Positions 9,572 through 19,743 of a DNA stretch of 64,000 bases are shown piece after piece. Source of the DNA: an uncultured bacterium. Lineage in GTDB: Bacteria > Patescibacteriota > Patescibacteriia > CAIQCM01. The stretch is taken from NCBI GenBank assembly GCA_963708045.1, contig OY970181.1, positions 643,740 to 707,739 on the forward strand. Reading direction: 5' to 3'. Below the pieces are notes generated by a model, which was not told where the DNA came from, made no database searches, and saw nothing but the letters and a program-made list of their open reading frames with translations. Position 1 is the first letter of the stretch, and every line of letters begins with the position of its first letter. The translations under genes were made by a program, and so were the position numbers.

Positions 9572-10602
9572 AGACAATATATGTTCTGTTAATTTTAATA
9601 TGCTTGTCGTTCCAAGGCATTTCCGGTCGTGCTGCTTCACAACAGGCCAGTACAACGGCTCCGGTTTGCGGTAATAATATTAAAGAATCGGGGGAACAAT
9701 GTGATGGTGCTGACTTTGGTGGCGCTTCTTGTGTTTCGCGCGGGTATGGCGGCGGCGGTTCATTAAGTTGTAGTGTTGCTTGTGTTTTTGTTACCTCTCT
9801 CTGTATTTCTGGCGGTGGTGGAGGAGGGGGTGGCGGTGGGGGTGGCACATATATTCCACCCGTTGAAACAAGAGTAATTTTTTCGGGACGAGCATATCCA
9901 AAAAGTTCGGTAACTTTACTTAAAGATTCGGCAGTGGTCGCAGTTACTGTTGCTGACGCCGGTGCAAATTTTCAAGTTGAGTTAGCTGGACTGTCTCCGG
10001 GGAATTATATGTTTTCAGTTTACAGTGAAGACGACAAAAGTATTCGTTCTCCCATCTTGACCTTCCCAATTTTTGTTACAACCGGCACAACGACCCGTAT
10101 TGGATCGATTTTTATCGCGCCAACGATCGCTGTTGATAAAAGCGAGGTGGTCCGTGGCGATAATATCGCGATTTTTGGGCAGAGCGCGCCAAATAGCGAG
10201 ATAACGATTGCTGTTAATTCGGATGAAGAATTTTTTGGTAAGACAAATTCGGATAGTGGCGGAGCTTATTTGTATAATTTTGATACCGTTGATTTGGAAA
10301 AAGGACAACATCTCACCAAATCAAAAGCCGCACTTTCTGGGGAAATTAGCTCGTACAGCAAAGCGGTAGGTTTTACTGTCGGCGATAAAAATACGTCAAC
10401 CGTGCCGACGGACGGTGCGTGCGGTAAAAGCGATTTAAATTGTGATGGCAGAGTTAACCTAGTTGATTTTTCTATCGGTGCTTATTGGTATAAGCGAACG
10501 CTGAGCGATGCTTTTAAAAAAATTGAACAAGCTCGTTTGAATAACGATGGGAAAATTAACATTGTTGATTTTAGTATCATGGCTTATTATTGGACGGGAT
10601 AA
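9568..10602 (+). CDS. Secreted protein with Cys-rich repeat, Gly linker, Ig-like domains and C-terminal dockerin-like module
   Basis: CGNNIKESGEQCDG; poly-Gly; duplicated DLNCDGRVNLVDFSI / LNNDGKINIVDFSI; ATGA overlap with upstream stop. Confidence 0.8.
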   Translation: MKTIYVLLILICLSFQGISGRAASQQASTTAPVCGNNIKESGEQCDGADFGGASCVSRGYGGGGSLSCSVACVFVTSLCISGGGGGGGGGGGGTYIPPVETRVIFSGRAYPKSSVTLLKDSAVVAVTVADAGANFQVELAGLSPGNYMFSVYSEDDKSIRSPILTFPIFVTTGTTTRIGSIFIAPTIAVDKSEVVRGDNIAIFGQSAPNSEITIAVNSDEEFFGKTNSDSGGAYLYNFDTVDLEKGQHLTKSKAALSGEISSYSKAVGFTVGDKNTSTVPTDGACGKSDLNCDGRVNLVDFSIGAYWYKRTLSDAFKKIEQARLNNDGKINIVDFSIMAYYWTG

Positions 10603-10604
10603 AT

Positions 10605-11513
10605 ATGAAAAAAATACGTCTTATTATATTGTTGTTTATTATATTTTTTTTGAGTGCAATAAAAGTAGAAGCATCAGAAATATTTTTTCGCACGAAAAAT
10701 GTTGAAGTTGGGTTGAACTCAAAAATTGAAGTCAAAGTATATTTGAATAGTGCCGATGAGCTTGTAAACGCGGTTGAGAGCGAAATAATTTTTCCGTCCG
10801 ATTTTTTTGATCTTGATGGTTTTTATACCGGCGGATCTGTTCTTTCGCTTTGGGTTGGCGAACCGACTTTGTCTTCCTCTGACACGGTTTCGTTTGCGGG
10901 AATAGTCCCTGGCGGCTTTAATGATGCGAATGGGTATTTGTTTTCAATGATTCTTACGGCTAAAAAGGATGGTGTTGCTGTTATTTCGGCGAACAACGAA
11001 AGAATTTTACTAAATGATGGACTCGGATCGCCGTCCTTGGTTACTAAAAGTTCTTTAACCTTAAACGTCAATAATTTGAGCGTACCGCAAGATTTTGTTC
11101 CGCTCGCGGACGCGACGCCGCCGGATTCTTTTGAACCAAAAATATCCAAAGATAACCAAATTTTTGACGGGCGCGCGTTTCTGTCTTTTGTTAGTCAGGA
11201 TAAAGGCACGGGAATTTATCGCTATGAAGTAAAAGAAGTTCTGCCCATGGGATCGTTTTCTAGTTTGTTTAAAAAAGGCGCGTGGCGGACGGCGGAAAGT
11301 CCATATCTCCTGCAAGACCAAACTTTAAAAAGTTTTATTTATGTTAAGGCGGTTGATTGGGATGGAAATGAGCGCATTGTACAAATACGTCCAGTAAACG
11401 ACCTTATATGGTATGAGAACTATTTAATCTGGACGATTTTTGCATTAACCGTCATAGTGTTATTTGTCTGTTCGTTATTGCTAAAGACAATTCTTATTCG
11501 CAAAAAAGCTTAG
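10605..11513 (+). CDS. Cohesin-domain protein with C-terminal TM anchor
   Basis: Signal peptide; VNAVESEIIFP...GSVLSLW...FAGIVPGGF...LLNDGLG cohesin-like pattern; C-terminal TM. Confidence 0.75.
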   Translation: MKKIRLIILLFIIFFLSAIKVEASEIFFRTKNVEVGLNSKIEVKVYLNSADELVNAVESEIIFPSDFFDLDGFYTGGSVLSLWVGEPTLSSSDTVSFAGIVPGGFNDANGYLFSMILTAKKDGVAVISANNERILLNDGLGSPSLVTKSSLTLNVNNLSVPQDFVPLADATPPDSFEPKISKDNQIFDGRAFLSFVSQDKGTGIYRYEVKEVLPMGSFSSLFKKGAWRTAESPYLLQDQTLKSFIYVKAVDWDGNERIVQIRPVNDLIWYENYLIWTIFALTVIVLFVCSLLLKTILIRKKA

Positions 11514-11549
11514 CCTCGGGTTATTGTTTCTGTCAAAAGATAGGTTGAT

Positions 11550-11576
11550 GGCAAACCGCTTTTTGGCGGTTTTGCC
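11550..11576. terminator. Hairpin, probable terminator of the surface operon
   Basis: ggcaaaccgc/gcggttttgcc imperfect inverted repeat. Confidence 0.5.
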
Positions 11577-11639
11577 AATTTAGAAAAATTGTTATTGTTG
11601 TTCAACGGAAATAGAACCAAAAAATCAGTCGTTTAATTT

Positions 11640-13397
11640 ATGAAAATAAAAAAACAAATAAGTGGCAATGATCAGGCAGTACCGAGCTTAGTGAGTTTAT
11701 TGCGTCGTTATCTGGGAATTATTTCGCTCCTGGTTATTTTTACCGTGATTGCGAGCGCATTAACGGTGGCTGTTCCCAAGATCATCGCTAGGGCGATTGA
11801 CGCATACGCGAGCGGCGGTTTTTCAATAAAATCTTTGGCGATTGAATTTTTGGCGGTCACGGTCTTGATTTTTATTTTTACGTATTTGCAAAATATTGCT
11901 CAAGTTTTTGCTTCCGAAAAAGCCGCGCGCGACCTGCGCAACGAAATCATAGCCAAAATCTCGGTTGAGCCCTTTTCGTATATCGCGAACGCCACGCCCG
12001 CGGCACTACTTACTAATTTAACTTCAGACGTTGACGCGGTTAAAGTTTTTATTTCAATGGTCGTGTCGTCGGTCGTGTCGTCGGCTTTTCTTATTATCGC
12101 AATCGCCGTTCTCCTTATTTTAACCGATTGGAAACTGGCGCTAATTGTGCTCGCGATTATGCCTGCGATCGGCGCCGCGTTCTTTTTTGTCCTAGCGCGG
12201 GTAAGAAAATTATTCGTTAAGTCGCAAGAAGCCATTGATTGGCTGAACAAAGTCATTAGTGAAAGCATTTTTGGCTCGGCGCTTATCCGCATTTTAAATT
12301 CTGAAGAACCTGAATTTAAAAAATTTACAGCGGCAAACGCCGAGGCAAAGCAAATAAGTCTTAAAATTCTAGGGCTATTTTCTGGTCTTATCCCGATTGT
12401 TGTGTTTTTGACAAATATTGCAACGCTCGCAATTGTTGTTTTTGGCGGCCGCTATGTTATCCGTGGAGAAATCTCACTTGGAAATTTTACCGCTTTTAAT
12501 GCCTATCTCGCGATTCTTATTTTTCCGATAATGATTATTGGTTTTATGAGCACCTTGATCGCCCAAGCACAGGCGTCATACGGTCGTATTTATAAAGTTT
12601 TAAGCGCGCCCGTGGAAAAGAAAACCGGCGGGATCACCGCAAAAATTAAAGGCGACCTTGAGGTTAAAAATCTTACGATTAATTTTGGCGAACGCGCCGC
12701 GCTTAAAGGTGTTTCGTTTTTCGTAAAAGCCGGAAGTAGGACGGCAGTAATCGGCCCCACCGCCGCCGGAAAAACGCAACTTCTTTATGCGCTCACCGGT
12801 CTCGTTGCTCCGTCTTTTGGAGAGATTATTCTTGATGGCCGAAATATAAATGAATATGACAAAGAAAGTTTACATAGCCAAGTCGGTTTCGTTTTTCAAG
12901 ACAGTGTAATGTTTAATTTAAGTTTGCGCGAGAATATCGCCTTTAACGCCGTTGCCCCCGAAGAAAATATTCAAAAAGCCGTTAAAACGGCCGAGCTTGC
13001 TGATTTTGTTGAAGCCTTGCCGCAAAAGTTGACGACGCTTGTTTCGGAGCGGGGGACAAGTCTTTCTGGCGGTCAAAAACAGCGGATTATGCTGGCGCGC
13101 GCGCTCGCGCTTAATCCGAGCGTTCTCTTGCTTGATGATTTTACGGCGCGCGTGGACGCCGCGACTGAAAGAAAAATTTTAAAAAATATCGCCGCAAATT
13201 ATCCAAATCTGACACTAATTTCGGTAACGCAAAAAATTTCTTCAATAGAGCATTACGATAAAATTATTTTGCTTATGGAGGGCGAACTCGTCGCCACGGG
13301 AACGCACGACGAGCTTTTGGCGACGTCACCCGAGTACGTTCAAATTTTTGAATCCCAGAAAAGTACGAACGAATACGAACTAAACAAAGAAAAATAA
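11640..13397 (+). CDS. ABC exporter, fused TMD+NBD (heterodimer subunit 1)
   Basis: Degenerate Walker [17 protein letters not shown], Walker B LLLDD. Confidence 0.92.
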   Translation: MKIKKQISGNDQAVPSLVSLLRRYLGIISLLVIFTVIASALTVAVPKIIARAIDAYASGGFSIKSLAIEFLAVTVLIFIFTYLQNIAQVFASEKAARDLRNEIIAKISVEPFSYIANATPAALLTNLTSDVDAVKVFISMVVSSVVSSAFLIIAIAVLLILTDWKLALIVLAIMPAIGAAFFFVLARVRKLFVKSQEAIDWLNKVISESIFGSALIRILNSEEPEFKKFTAANAEAKQISLKILGLFSGLIPIVVFLTNIATLAIVVFGGRYVIRGEISLGNFTAFNAYLAILIFPIMIIGFMSTLIAQAQASYGRIYKVLSAPVEKKTGGITAKIKGDLEVKNLTINFGERAALKGVSFFVKAGSRTAVIGPTAAGKTQLLYALTGLVAPSFGEIILDGRNINEYDKESLHSQVGFVFQDSVMFNLSLRENIAFNAVAPEENIQKAVKTAELADFVEALPQKLTTLVSERGTSLSGGQKQRIMLARALALNPSVLLLDDFTARVDAATERKILKNIAANYPNLTLISVTQKISSIEHYDKIILLMEGELVATGTHDELLATSPEYVQIFESQKSTNEYELNKEK

Positions 13398-13401
13398 TCT
13401 T

Positions 13402-15174
13402 ATGGATTATTCGCTTTCTAAAACTGACCTTGCCAAAGAAAAAGAAAAGGGCGTGCTCGCGACCGCTTGGCGCCGCTTAGTGCCGTTAATGTCCGAAGAA
13501 GGTTGGGCGGTTTTTCTCGCGCTAATCGCGATTTTGGTGAGTTCAGCCGCCGCGCTGGTTGTTCCGGTAATTATCGCCCGCGTTGTTGATGTATATATCG
13601 TCGGAAAGGATTTTAATGGCGTGCTTGTGTATTCCACGGCGCTCGCGGTGATTTTTCTTATCGGGCTCGTTGCCAATTATTTGCAAATTAAAACGATGGG
13701 CGGGGTGGGGCGGCGGCTGTTATTTAATTTACGCAATAAAATTTTTAAAAAGCTGGAAGAACTTCCGGTCGCGTTTTTTAATCAAAATAAAGCCGGCGAC
13801 ATTATTTCGCGCATTAACAACGATACGGAAAAATTAAATCAATTTTTTTCCCAAGCCTTAATGCAATTTTTAAGCAACATCGTGCTTGTTGTCGGCACAG
13901 GGGTATTAATTCTTGTTATAGATCCGCTTTTGGGTGTCGTTGCTTTGGCACCAGCCGCGCTCGCGCTTATCGCGACGCAATTTCTTTCGCCCTGGGTTAA
14001 GCAGAGTAGTTTGCGAAGCCTCCGAACACTCGGCGGAATGAGCGCCGAAATTCAAGAAAGCATTAATAATTTTAAGGTCATTGTCGTTTTTAATCGCTTG
14101 GATTATTTCCGCGATAAGTTTAAGGAAGCAAACCAAGAAAATTATTCTGCATCAATTACGGCTGGCGTCGCCTCAAATATTTTTAATCCAATCTATGCGC
14201 TCTCATCATCGTTAGCCCAGCTTGTGGTTTTGGTTTATGGAATCTATCTTATTTCCGTGGGAAATTTTACTGTCGGTTTGCTCATCGGTTTCTTGCTCTA
14301 TGTGAATAGTTTTTATAATCCTTTGCGTCAGCTCGCGGCGGTTTGGTCGTCGCTCCAGCTCGCGCTCGCCGGCCTTGATCGGATTTCAGAAATTTTAGCG
14401 CTTGAATCGGATATAAATACGATTCAAGCGCCGCCCACTGCGCCGCCTTGTTCCAAAACGGCGGTTTTGGAATTTAGAGACGTTTCCTTTCACTATAAAG
14501 AAGGCAACGACGTGTTAAGGGGCGTAAATTTCGCGCTCCAAAAAGGAAAAACTTATGCGCTCGTTGGTCCGACTGGCGGCGGCAAAACCACGACCGCTTC
14601 GCTTATGGCGCGTCTGTATGATCCGGTAGGCGGCGCGGTTTATTTGGAGGGCAAAGACATTCGTCTTTTTGACTCCAGTGAACGAACGAAGAAAATCGGA
14701 TTTATTTTGCAGGAACCATTTCTTTTTAACGGCACGCTTGGCGAAAATATTCTTTACGGAAATACCAATAAAAAGCTAGTCGCAAGCGAGCTTGAAACAA
14801 TCTTAAAAAACGCTGGCTTGGAAAAAATTTTAACGCGCTTCGCGAACGGTCTTGAAACGCGCCTTGTTTCGGGCGGCGACGCGGTGAGTCTGGGTCAAAA
14901 ACAGCTGATCGCGTTTATTAGGGCAATTTTGCGCGACCCCGATATTTTAATATTGGACGAAGCCACGGCAAATATAGATACGGTGACCGAAGGCCTGCTT
15001 CAGGAGGTTATTGATAAATTGCCCAAACGGACGACAAAGGTGATTATCGCGCATCGCTTAAATACGATTAAAAATGCCGACGAAATATTTTTCGTAAACG
15101 GTGGACATGTTACTCCAGCCGGTTCTATGGAACACGCCGTGGAAATGCTTTTGCACGAAAAAAGAGAAAGTTAA
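13402..15174 (+). CDS. ABC exporter, fused TMD+NBD (heterodimer subunit 2)
   Basis: GPTGGGKTT, SLGQKQ, ILDEAT, IAHRL. Confidence 0.92.
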   Translation: MDYSLSKTDLAKEKEKGVLATAWRRLVPLMSEEGWAVFLALIAILVSSAAALVVPVIIARVVDVYIVGKDFNGVLVYSTALAVIFLIGLVANYLQIKTMGGVGRRLLFNLRNKIFKKLEELPVAFFNQNKAGDIISRINNDTEKLNQFFSQALMQFLSNIVLVVGTGVLILVIDPLLGVVALAPAALALIATQFLSPWVKQSSLRSLRTLGGMSAEIQESINNFKVIVVFNRLDYFRDKFKEANQENYSASITAGVASNIFNPIYALSSSLAQLVVLVYGIYLISVGNFTVGLLIGFLLYVNSFYNPLRQLAAVWSSLQLALAGLDRISEILALESDINTIQAPPTAPPCSKTAVLEFRDVSFHYKEGNDVLRGVNFALQKGKTYALVGPTGGGKTTTASLMARLYDPVGGAVYLEGKDIRLFDSSERTKKIGFILQEPFLFNGTLGENILYGNTNKKLVASELETILKNAGLEKILTRFANGLETRLVSGGDAVSLGQKQLIAFIRAILRDPDILILDEATANIDTVTEGLLQEVIDKLPKRTTKVIIAHRLNTIKNADEIFFVNGGHVTPAGSMEHAVEMLLHEKRES

Positions 15175-15264
15175 AATTAGAAATAGCGTCCGCTTGAAAT
15201 CAAAGCAAGATCGTGATATTTTTAAGGCTAAAGACTGGGCTAAGCTTTATAAAAAAGCGTAAAA

Positions 15265-16404
15265 ATGGCCAAACTCAATCAGCACTTAAAGAATTATTTT
15301 GTTCCGCATGAAGGGAATAATCATATTCCGCACGCGCTTAAACCAAAGCGGCTAATTTTTCACGTTGCTGGTGCGATTGCAGTTAAATTAATTGTTGTTG
15401 CTTTTATTTCTTTCTTTCCTTTGCGAGCGTGGCTTTCTACGGATACGGCGACATCGGAAACAAAAAAAATTATTTCTCTTACCAATGAATTACGCCTTAG
15501 TTTAAATCTTTTGCCACTTAAGGAAAATTTTAAATTAAACCAAGCCGCGAGCGACAAAGTCGCCGATATGTTTTTGGGGCAATATTTTGCCCACGTTAGT
15601 CCGGTGGAAATTAATCTGGAATCGTTTATAAAAAAAGCTGGTTATATTTATTCAATGGCCGGAGAAAATTTGGCAATGGGTTTTGGTACCGCGCCCGAAG
15701 TAATGGCGGCTTGGGAAAAAAGTCCGACGCACTATGCCAATTTAACTGATGCTAATTTTCAAGATATTGGCGTTGCGATGAGCGTTGGTAATTTTGAAAA
15801 AGTTGAAACCACGCTCGTTGCGCAATATTTCGGCCGACCAAAGGGCGAACTTGCCGCGGCGGCAGTTGAATCGGCTGTAAAAAAAATTGTTTTGCCGCCA
15901 AAACAAACGACGCTAACCGTCAAAGTACCGCCTGTTGGTGCTGACAAGATTATACACATTGAGGTCAAGCTTCCAGAAAATACGGCCGCCGCGACTGCCT
16001 CGGTCAATAATATTAATCTTGAGCTCTCGCCCCAAGGCGACAACAATTGGCAAGGAAACGCGCTTGTGACTAAAGAAGATGAAAAGGCGATAGTGAACCC
16101 AATCGTTCCGGCTTCGGTAAAAATTACCAATACCGATGGCGGCAAAGAATTGGCCGCTTTGGACTGGGACAGTGTTGTACCAGCTAAAGCTAGCGTTTAC
16201 GATCAATATGTTCTTTTTCGTCGTAATCCGTCTCTAGAAATGAAAACAATAATGGGTTTTAGTAATATATATTTTCTTTTTTTGCTCGGTCTTGTTAGTT
16301 CGGCACTACTAAGTTTTATAATTTTGCGTAAAAAACAGCATCATCACATCCTTGCCTCCAGTCTTGTTTCTGTTGCGATTATCTTTTTATTGGTTATAGT
16401 CTAG
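15265..16404 (+). CDS. CAP/SCP-domain membrane protein
   Basis: YFAHVSP, AGENLAMG, WEKSPTHYANL, DIGVA motifs; N- and C-terminal TMs. Confidence 0.9.
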   Translation: MAKLNQHLKNYFVPHEGNNHIPHALKPKRLIFHVAGAIAVKLIVVAFISFFPLRAWLSTDTATSETKKIISLTNELRLSLNLLPLKENFKLNQAASDKVADMFLGQYFAHVSPVEINLESFIKKAGYIYSMAGENLAMGFGTAPEVMAAWEKSPTHYANLTDANFQDIGVAMSVGNFEKVETTLVAQYFGRPKGELAAAAVESAVKKIVLPPKQTTLTVKVPPVGADKIIHIEVKLPENTAAATASVNNINLELSPQGDNNWQGNALVTKEDEKAIVNPIVPASVKITNTDGGKELAALDWDSVVPAKASVYDQYVLFRRNPSLEMKTIMGFSNIYFLFLLGLVSSALLSFIILRKKQHHHILASSLVSVAIIFLLVIV

Positions 16405-16496
16405 GTATATAAATTACATTGACATAATATTGAGAAAGGCTATACTCATCGCATAAATACTTCCCCTTGGGAAGACTAATAATTATTTCATAAACT

Positions 16497-17834
16497 ATGA
16501 AGAAATCAACAACAGCAATTGCCGTTGTGGCGGTTTTTGCGCTTTTTGCGGGTAGCTTACTCGTTTCAAGTGTGAATCGCGCTTCGGCCGAAAGTGCCAA
16601 CCCTTCGTTCTCATCATTTTGCGTTGGTAGTCCAAGCGTATGCGGGACGATTGTCACCGATGTGAGTGGTAATTCCATCACGATCACTGTTCCGTATGGC
16701 ACTGATGTTACCGGTCTATTCACAAATTTTACTTTCAATGGAGCTGAAGTTTGGGCAAATGGCGTACGGCAGTATAACGGCGACTCGATAATGAATTTTT
16801 CCTCGCCTGTTGTCTATACGATCTTTTCTTGTCCACAAACACTTTCTCGCGCTAAGACTGGAATGAGAATAGCAACGATAACTAACAGTAACTATAACGG
16901 CAACACTAACAGTAATGAAAACACCAACAGCGAGGTTTGTTTAAGTGCTTCTTATGAAGTATCAGTGACAGTTGCACCCAAGCCGGTTAAAGAAATCACT
17001 TCTTTTGGTTTTGCAACACCGTCAGCCACGGGCACGATTGATCAGGAAACAAAAAAAATTAGCGTAACTGTTCCTTATGGCACCGATGTTACAGCGCTCA
17101 CGCCGACGGTTGTTTATTCTGGTAATCGCCTGCGTCCGGATACGGGGGAAGTGCAAGATTTTTCTTCGCCAGTTACCTATACGATTGATTATTGTAAAAA
17201 GGAGGCTCAAGCGATTAGAAAAACAAAAATCGCTTTTGTTGAAGACTGTGGTGTTTCGTATGTTGTGACGGTTAAAGTTGCGGCCGCGCCACCTTCGGGC
17301 GGCGGTGGTTCGTCTGGTGGTTCTGGTTGGGAAGATCCAAGCTGTCGCACGGCGGTTGTAGCGCCTATTGGGGGTTTCGTTTTTGTGGGCGAAAACGGTG
17401 CGAACGTGAGTGAACGCAAGGTAACGTTAAAAATTGACGGTGGCAACGCAGTCTCAATGTCAATTTCCAATAACGTGGATTTTTCCGGTGCGACAATTGA
17501 GCCGTATGCCAAAACCAAAGTCTGGGAACTTACCGAGGGCGAAGGGTCAAAGCTTGTCTATGTTCGTTTTTATAACAAATGTAATATCCCAACGGATACT
17601 TTCTTAACACAATTCTCTTATACCACTGAGGTTTTGCCACAAATTGGGGGAGTTGTTTTGGGTGTGAAAGTTTATGCCGAGGGGACGTTGCTTCGTGGAA
17701 CCGATCATCGGATTTACGAATTGGTTTTAGGCCATCTAAAGTATATTCACAGCCTAGAAGAACTTGCTAAATATTATTTTGGCAAGCCGATTATTGATGT
17801 GAGCGACGACGTTATTGCTAGTTTTGGATTTTAA
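16497..17834 (+). CDS. Secreted surface protein with two DUF5018-like Ig repeats
   Basis: Signal peptide; repeated ITITVPYGTDVT..L / ISVTVPYGTDVTAL and NFSSPVVYT / DFSSPVTYT. Confidence 0.75.
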   Translation: MKKSTTAIAVVAVFALFAGSLLVSSVNRASAESANPSFSSFCVGSPSVCGTIVTDVSGNSITITVPYGTDVTGLFTNFTFNGAEVWANGVRQYNGDSIMNFSSPVVYTIFSCPQTLSRAKTGMRIATITNSNYNGNTNSNENTNSEVCLSASYEVSVTVAPKPVKEITSFGFATPSATGTIDQETKKISVTVPYGTDVTALTPTVVYSGNRLRPDTGEVQDFSSPVTYTIDYCKKEAQAIRKTKIAFVEDCGVSYVVTVKVAAAPPSGGGGSSGGSGWEDPSCRTAVVAPIGGFVFVGENGANVSERKVTLKIDGGNAVSMSISNNVDFSGATIEPYAKTKVWELTEGEGSKLVYVRFYNKCNIPTDTFLTQFSYTTEVLPQIGGVVLGVKVYAEGTLLRGTDHRIYELVLGHLKYIHSLEELAKYYFGKPIIDVSDDVIASFGF

Positions 17835-17858
17835 CCCGTTAGAAATAATTTGATTGTA

Positions 17859-17887
17859 AAAACCCCCGCGATAATCGCGGGGGTTTT
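17859..17887. terminator. Rho-independent terminator (bidirectional type)
   Basis: aaaacccccgcgat-a-atcgcgggggtttt. Confidence 0.85.
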
Positions 17888-17939
17888 AAAAATATTTTTT
17901 ACAAAAAAGAAAAAGTTAATTTTTTGAATTTCAATTAGC

Positions 17940-18072
17940 CGATTCACCAAGCCGTCGGGCGTGCGTTACTTTAGATGAGCAGGAAGGTGCTTGGGGCGTG
18001 ATGATGGATGATGGCATCGCCGGCGTGTACGCCGCTTTTTGCTTGCTTGTCGCTGTGCTCATTTTTAAGTAA
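17940..18072 (+). pseudogene. pgpA: 3' remnant of phosphatidylglycerophosphatase A
   Basis: KPSGVRY-(+1 frameshift)-LDEQEGAWGVMMDDGIAGVYAAFCLL-stop matches the PgpA C-terminal KP..IR..D....G.GVM.DD..AG.YA; no 5' part. Confidence 0.7.
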
Positions 18073-18101
18073 GACAAAATCTCACAGTCGCCTCTACTTA
18101 A

Positions 18102-18129
18102 ACGCGCTTGGGTATTTACTCAAGCGCGT
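18102..18129. terminator. Hairpin downstream of the pgpA remnant
   Basis: acgcgcttgggta/tactcaagcgcgt. Confidence 0.5.
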
Positions 18130-18237
18130 CGTTGTATAGAAAAATGCCCAACACGGGTTGACAAAAACAGTATTTAGCTGATAAACAGAAGGTGGTTCTT
18201 TGTCAGATTCTCATAACTATTCAAGCGAGGTGTGCCG

Positions 18238-19203
18238 ATGCATGGTTCAATACTGTCTAGCAGTTGCATTTTGTTTAGTTGTCCGCAAATGGATGGTCTT
18301 GCTAAACGCATTTGCGCGGCTAACCCGCAAATCACCCCCGGCGGTGTTTCGTGGAAACATTTTCCCGACACTTTTCCAAATATCATTTTCCAAAAAGAGC
18401 GTCAGATCAGGAGTAGGCGGGTTGCCTTTTTGGCCTCCTTTAGCCGACCTGGCAATATCTTTGAACAGCTCTGCGCTATTTGGACACTTGCGCGTTGCGG
18501 CGTTCAACATCTTAAAGTAATCTTGCCATTTTATCCCGGGTTTTTGGATCGCGTTGAGGAGGAAGGGCAGGTGGTAACGGGAGTGTTGCTGGCGCAGATG
18601 CTGTCAATGACGCCAATTTGCGGCCAAGGGCCAGCAGAGATCGTGATGTATGATATTCACGCGCTCCAACTTCGCGGAAACTTTGGCGCCCAGGTGATTC
18701 CTCGGCTCAAAACCGGTATCAAGTATTTGCTGAAAATTTTGTCGGAAATGGAAAACATCGCGATTTGCTTCCCTGATATCGGTGCGAGAAAAAGATTTGA
18801 GAAGATGTTTGTGGGCTTTGATCTGATCATCTGCGAAAAGGTTCGTCGGGGCAACGACCGTGTTGTTACACTTATTGAGGGTGATCCGCGCGACAAACAT
18901 GTGGTCATCGTTGATGACGGTATTCAAACCGGTGGCACGGGCATTAAGTGCCGCGAGGTAATGATGAATAACGGTGCTAGTCAGGTTTCGGTTTATGCAA
19001 CACACGGTATTTTTCCTGAAGATTCGTGGAAGCTTTTTGAGAATTCCGGTTTTGCAAATGTTTGGTTCACTGATTCGTGCCCCGAATCGGCGGCGCTCCT
19101 TGCAGATAGGGCGCAATTTCATGTCATCTCACTGGCTGATTCCATTGCTCGCGTACTCGTGGATACAGATGATTTGGTCAATGAAATAGCCCGGGTAGTT
19201 TAA
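18238..19203 (+). CDS. prs: Ribose-phosphate pyrophosphokinase, class II (plant PRS3/4-like)
   Basis: VAFLASF, IFEQL, RVEEEG, YDIHALQ, FPDIGARKRF, VIVDDGIQTGGT, ATHGIFP; GAGG RBS; TTGACA at 18158. Confidence 0.88.
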   Translation: MHGSILSSSCILFSCPQMDGLAKRICAANPQITPGGVSWKHFPDTFPNIIFQKERQIRSRRVAFLASFSRPGNIFEQLCAIWTLARCGVQHLKVILPFYPGFLDRVEEEGQVVTGVLLAQMLSMTPICGQGPAEIVMYDIHALQLRGNFGAQVIPRLKTGIKYLLKILSEMENIAICFPDIGARKRFEKMFVGFDLIICEKVRRGNDRVVTLIEGDPRDKHVVIVDDGIQTGGTGIKCREVMMNNGASQVSVYATHGIFPEDSWKLFENSGFANVWFTDSCPESAALLADRAQFHVISLADSIARVLVDTDDLVNEIARVV

Positions 19204-19216
19204 TTAGCGCAAGACG

Positions 19217-19251
19217 AAGCCCGGTGGTCATTTAATGATCGCCGGGCTTTT
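19217..19251 (+). terminator. Rho-independent terminator
   Basis: aagcccggtggtcat/atgatcgccgggctt followed by T tract. Confidence 0.8.
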
Positions 19252-19340
19252 CCAATAAGTCATCTATTTGTTGCGCTAACGCGGATGGAGTATAATAACA
19301 AAAGTAAAAGACTTAATGAATTAAATGAAATTTTAATAAT

Positions 19341-19721
19341 ATGGACGAACAAAAAAAGGAAGAGCCAAAGGTTGAAGCGAAACAGGGGATTCCGGTCGCG
19401 GTCGGAATGTCGCCGGAAAAGCACAGAATGTTAATGGCAATTTTGGCCTATGTTTTATTTTTAATTCCACTCCTTACTGGTGACGCCAAAAAAGATGAGT
19501 TTGTTAAATATCACACTAAACAAGGTTTTGCGTTATTCATTGTTTGTATTGCAATTGGCATTTTAGGTTGGGTAATGCCGTTTATGTATTGGTTGCCGAT
19601 TATCCGTCTGCTTAACTTGGTAACGCTCGTCCTCTTTGTGCTTGGAGTTGTTAACGTCGTTAATAACAAAAAAGAGCCATTGCCGGTTATTGGCGCGCTT
19701 AGTGATTGGCTAAAAATTTAA
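19341..19721 (+). CDS. DUF4870-family membrane protein
   Basis: AILAY..FLIPL, FVKYHTKQG, PLPVIG motifs. Confidence 0.85.
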   Translation: MDEQKKEEPKVEAKQGIPVAVGMSPEKHRMLMAILAYVLFLIPLLTGDAKKDEFVKYHTKQGFALFIVCIAIGILGWVMPFMYWLPIIRLLNLVTLVLFVLGVVNVVNNKKEPLPVIGALSDWLKI

Positions 19722-19743
19722 TTTGTTTAAAAATTAAATCTCA

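Noticed and set aside
9552-9848. Minus-strand poly-Pro ORF
   Set aside because: Antisense shadow of the poly-Gly linker of the dockerin protein
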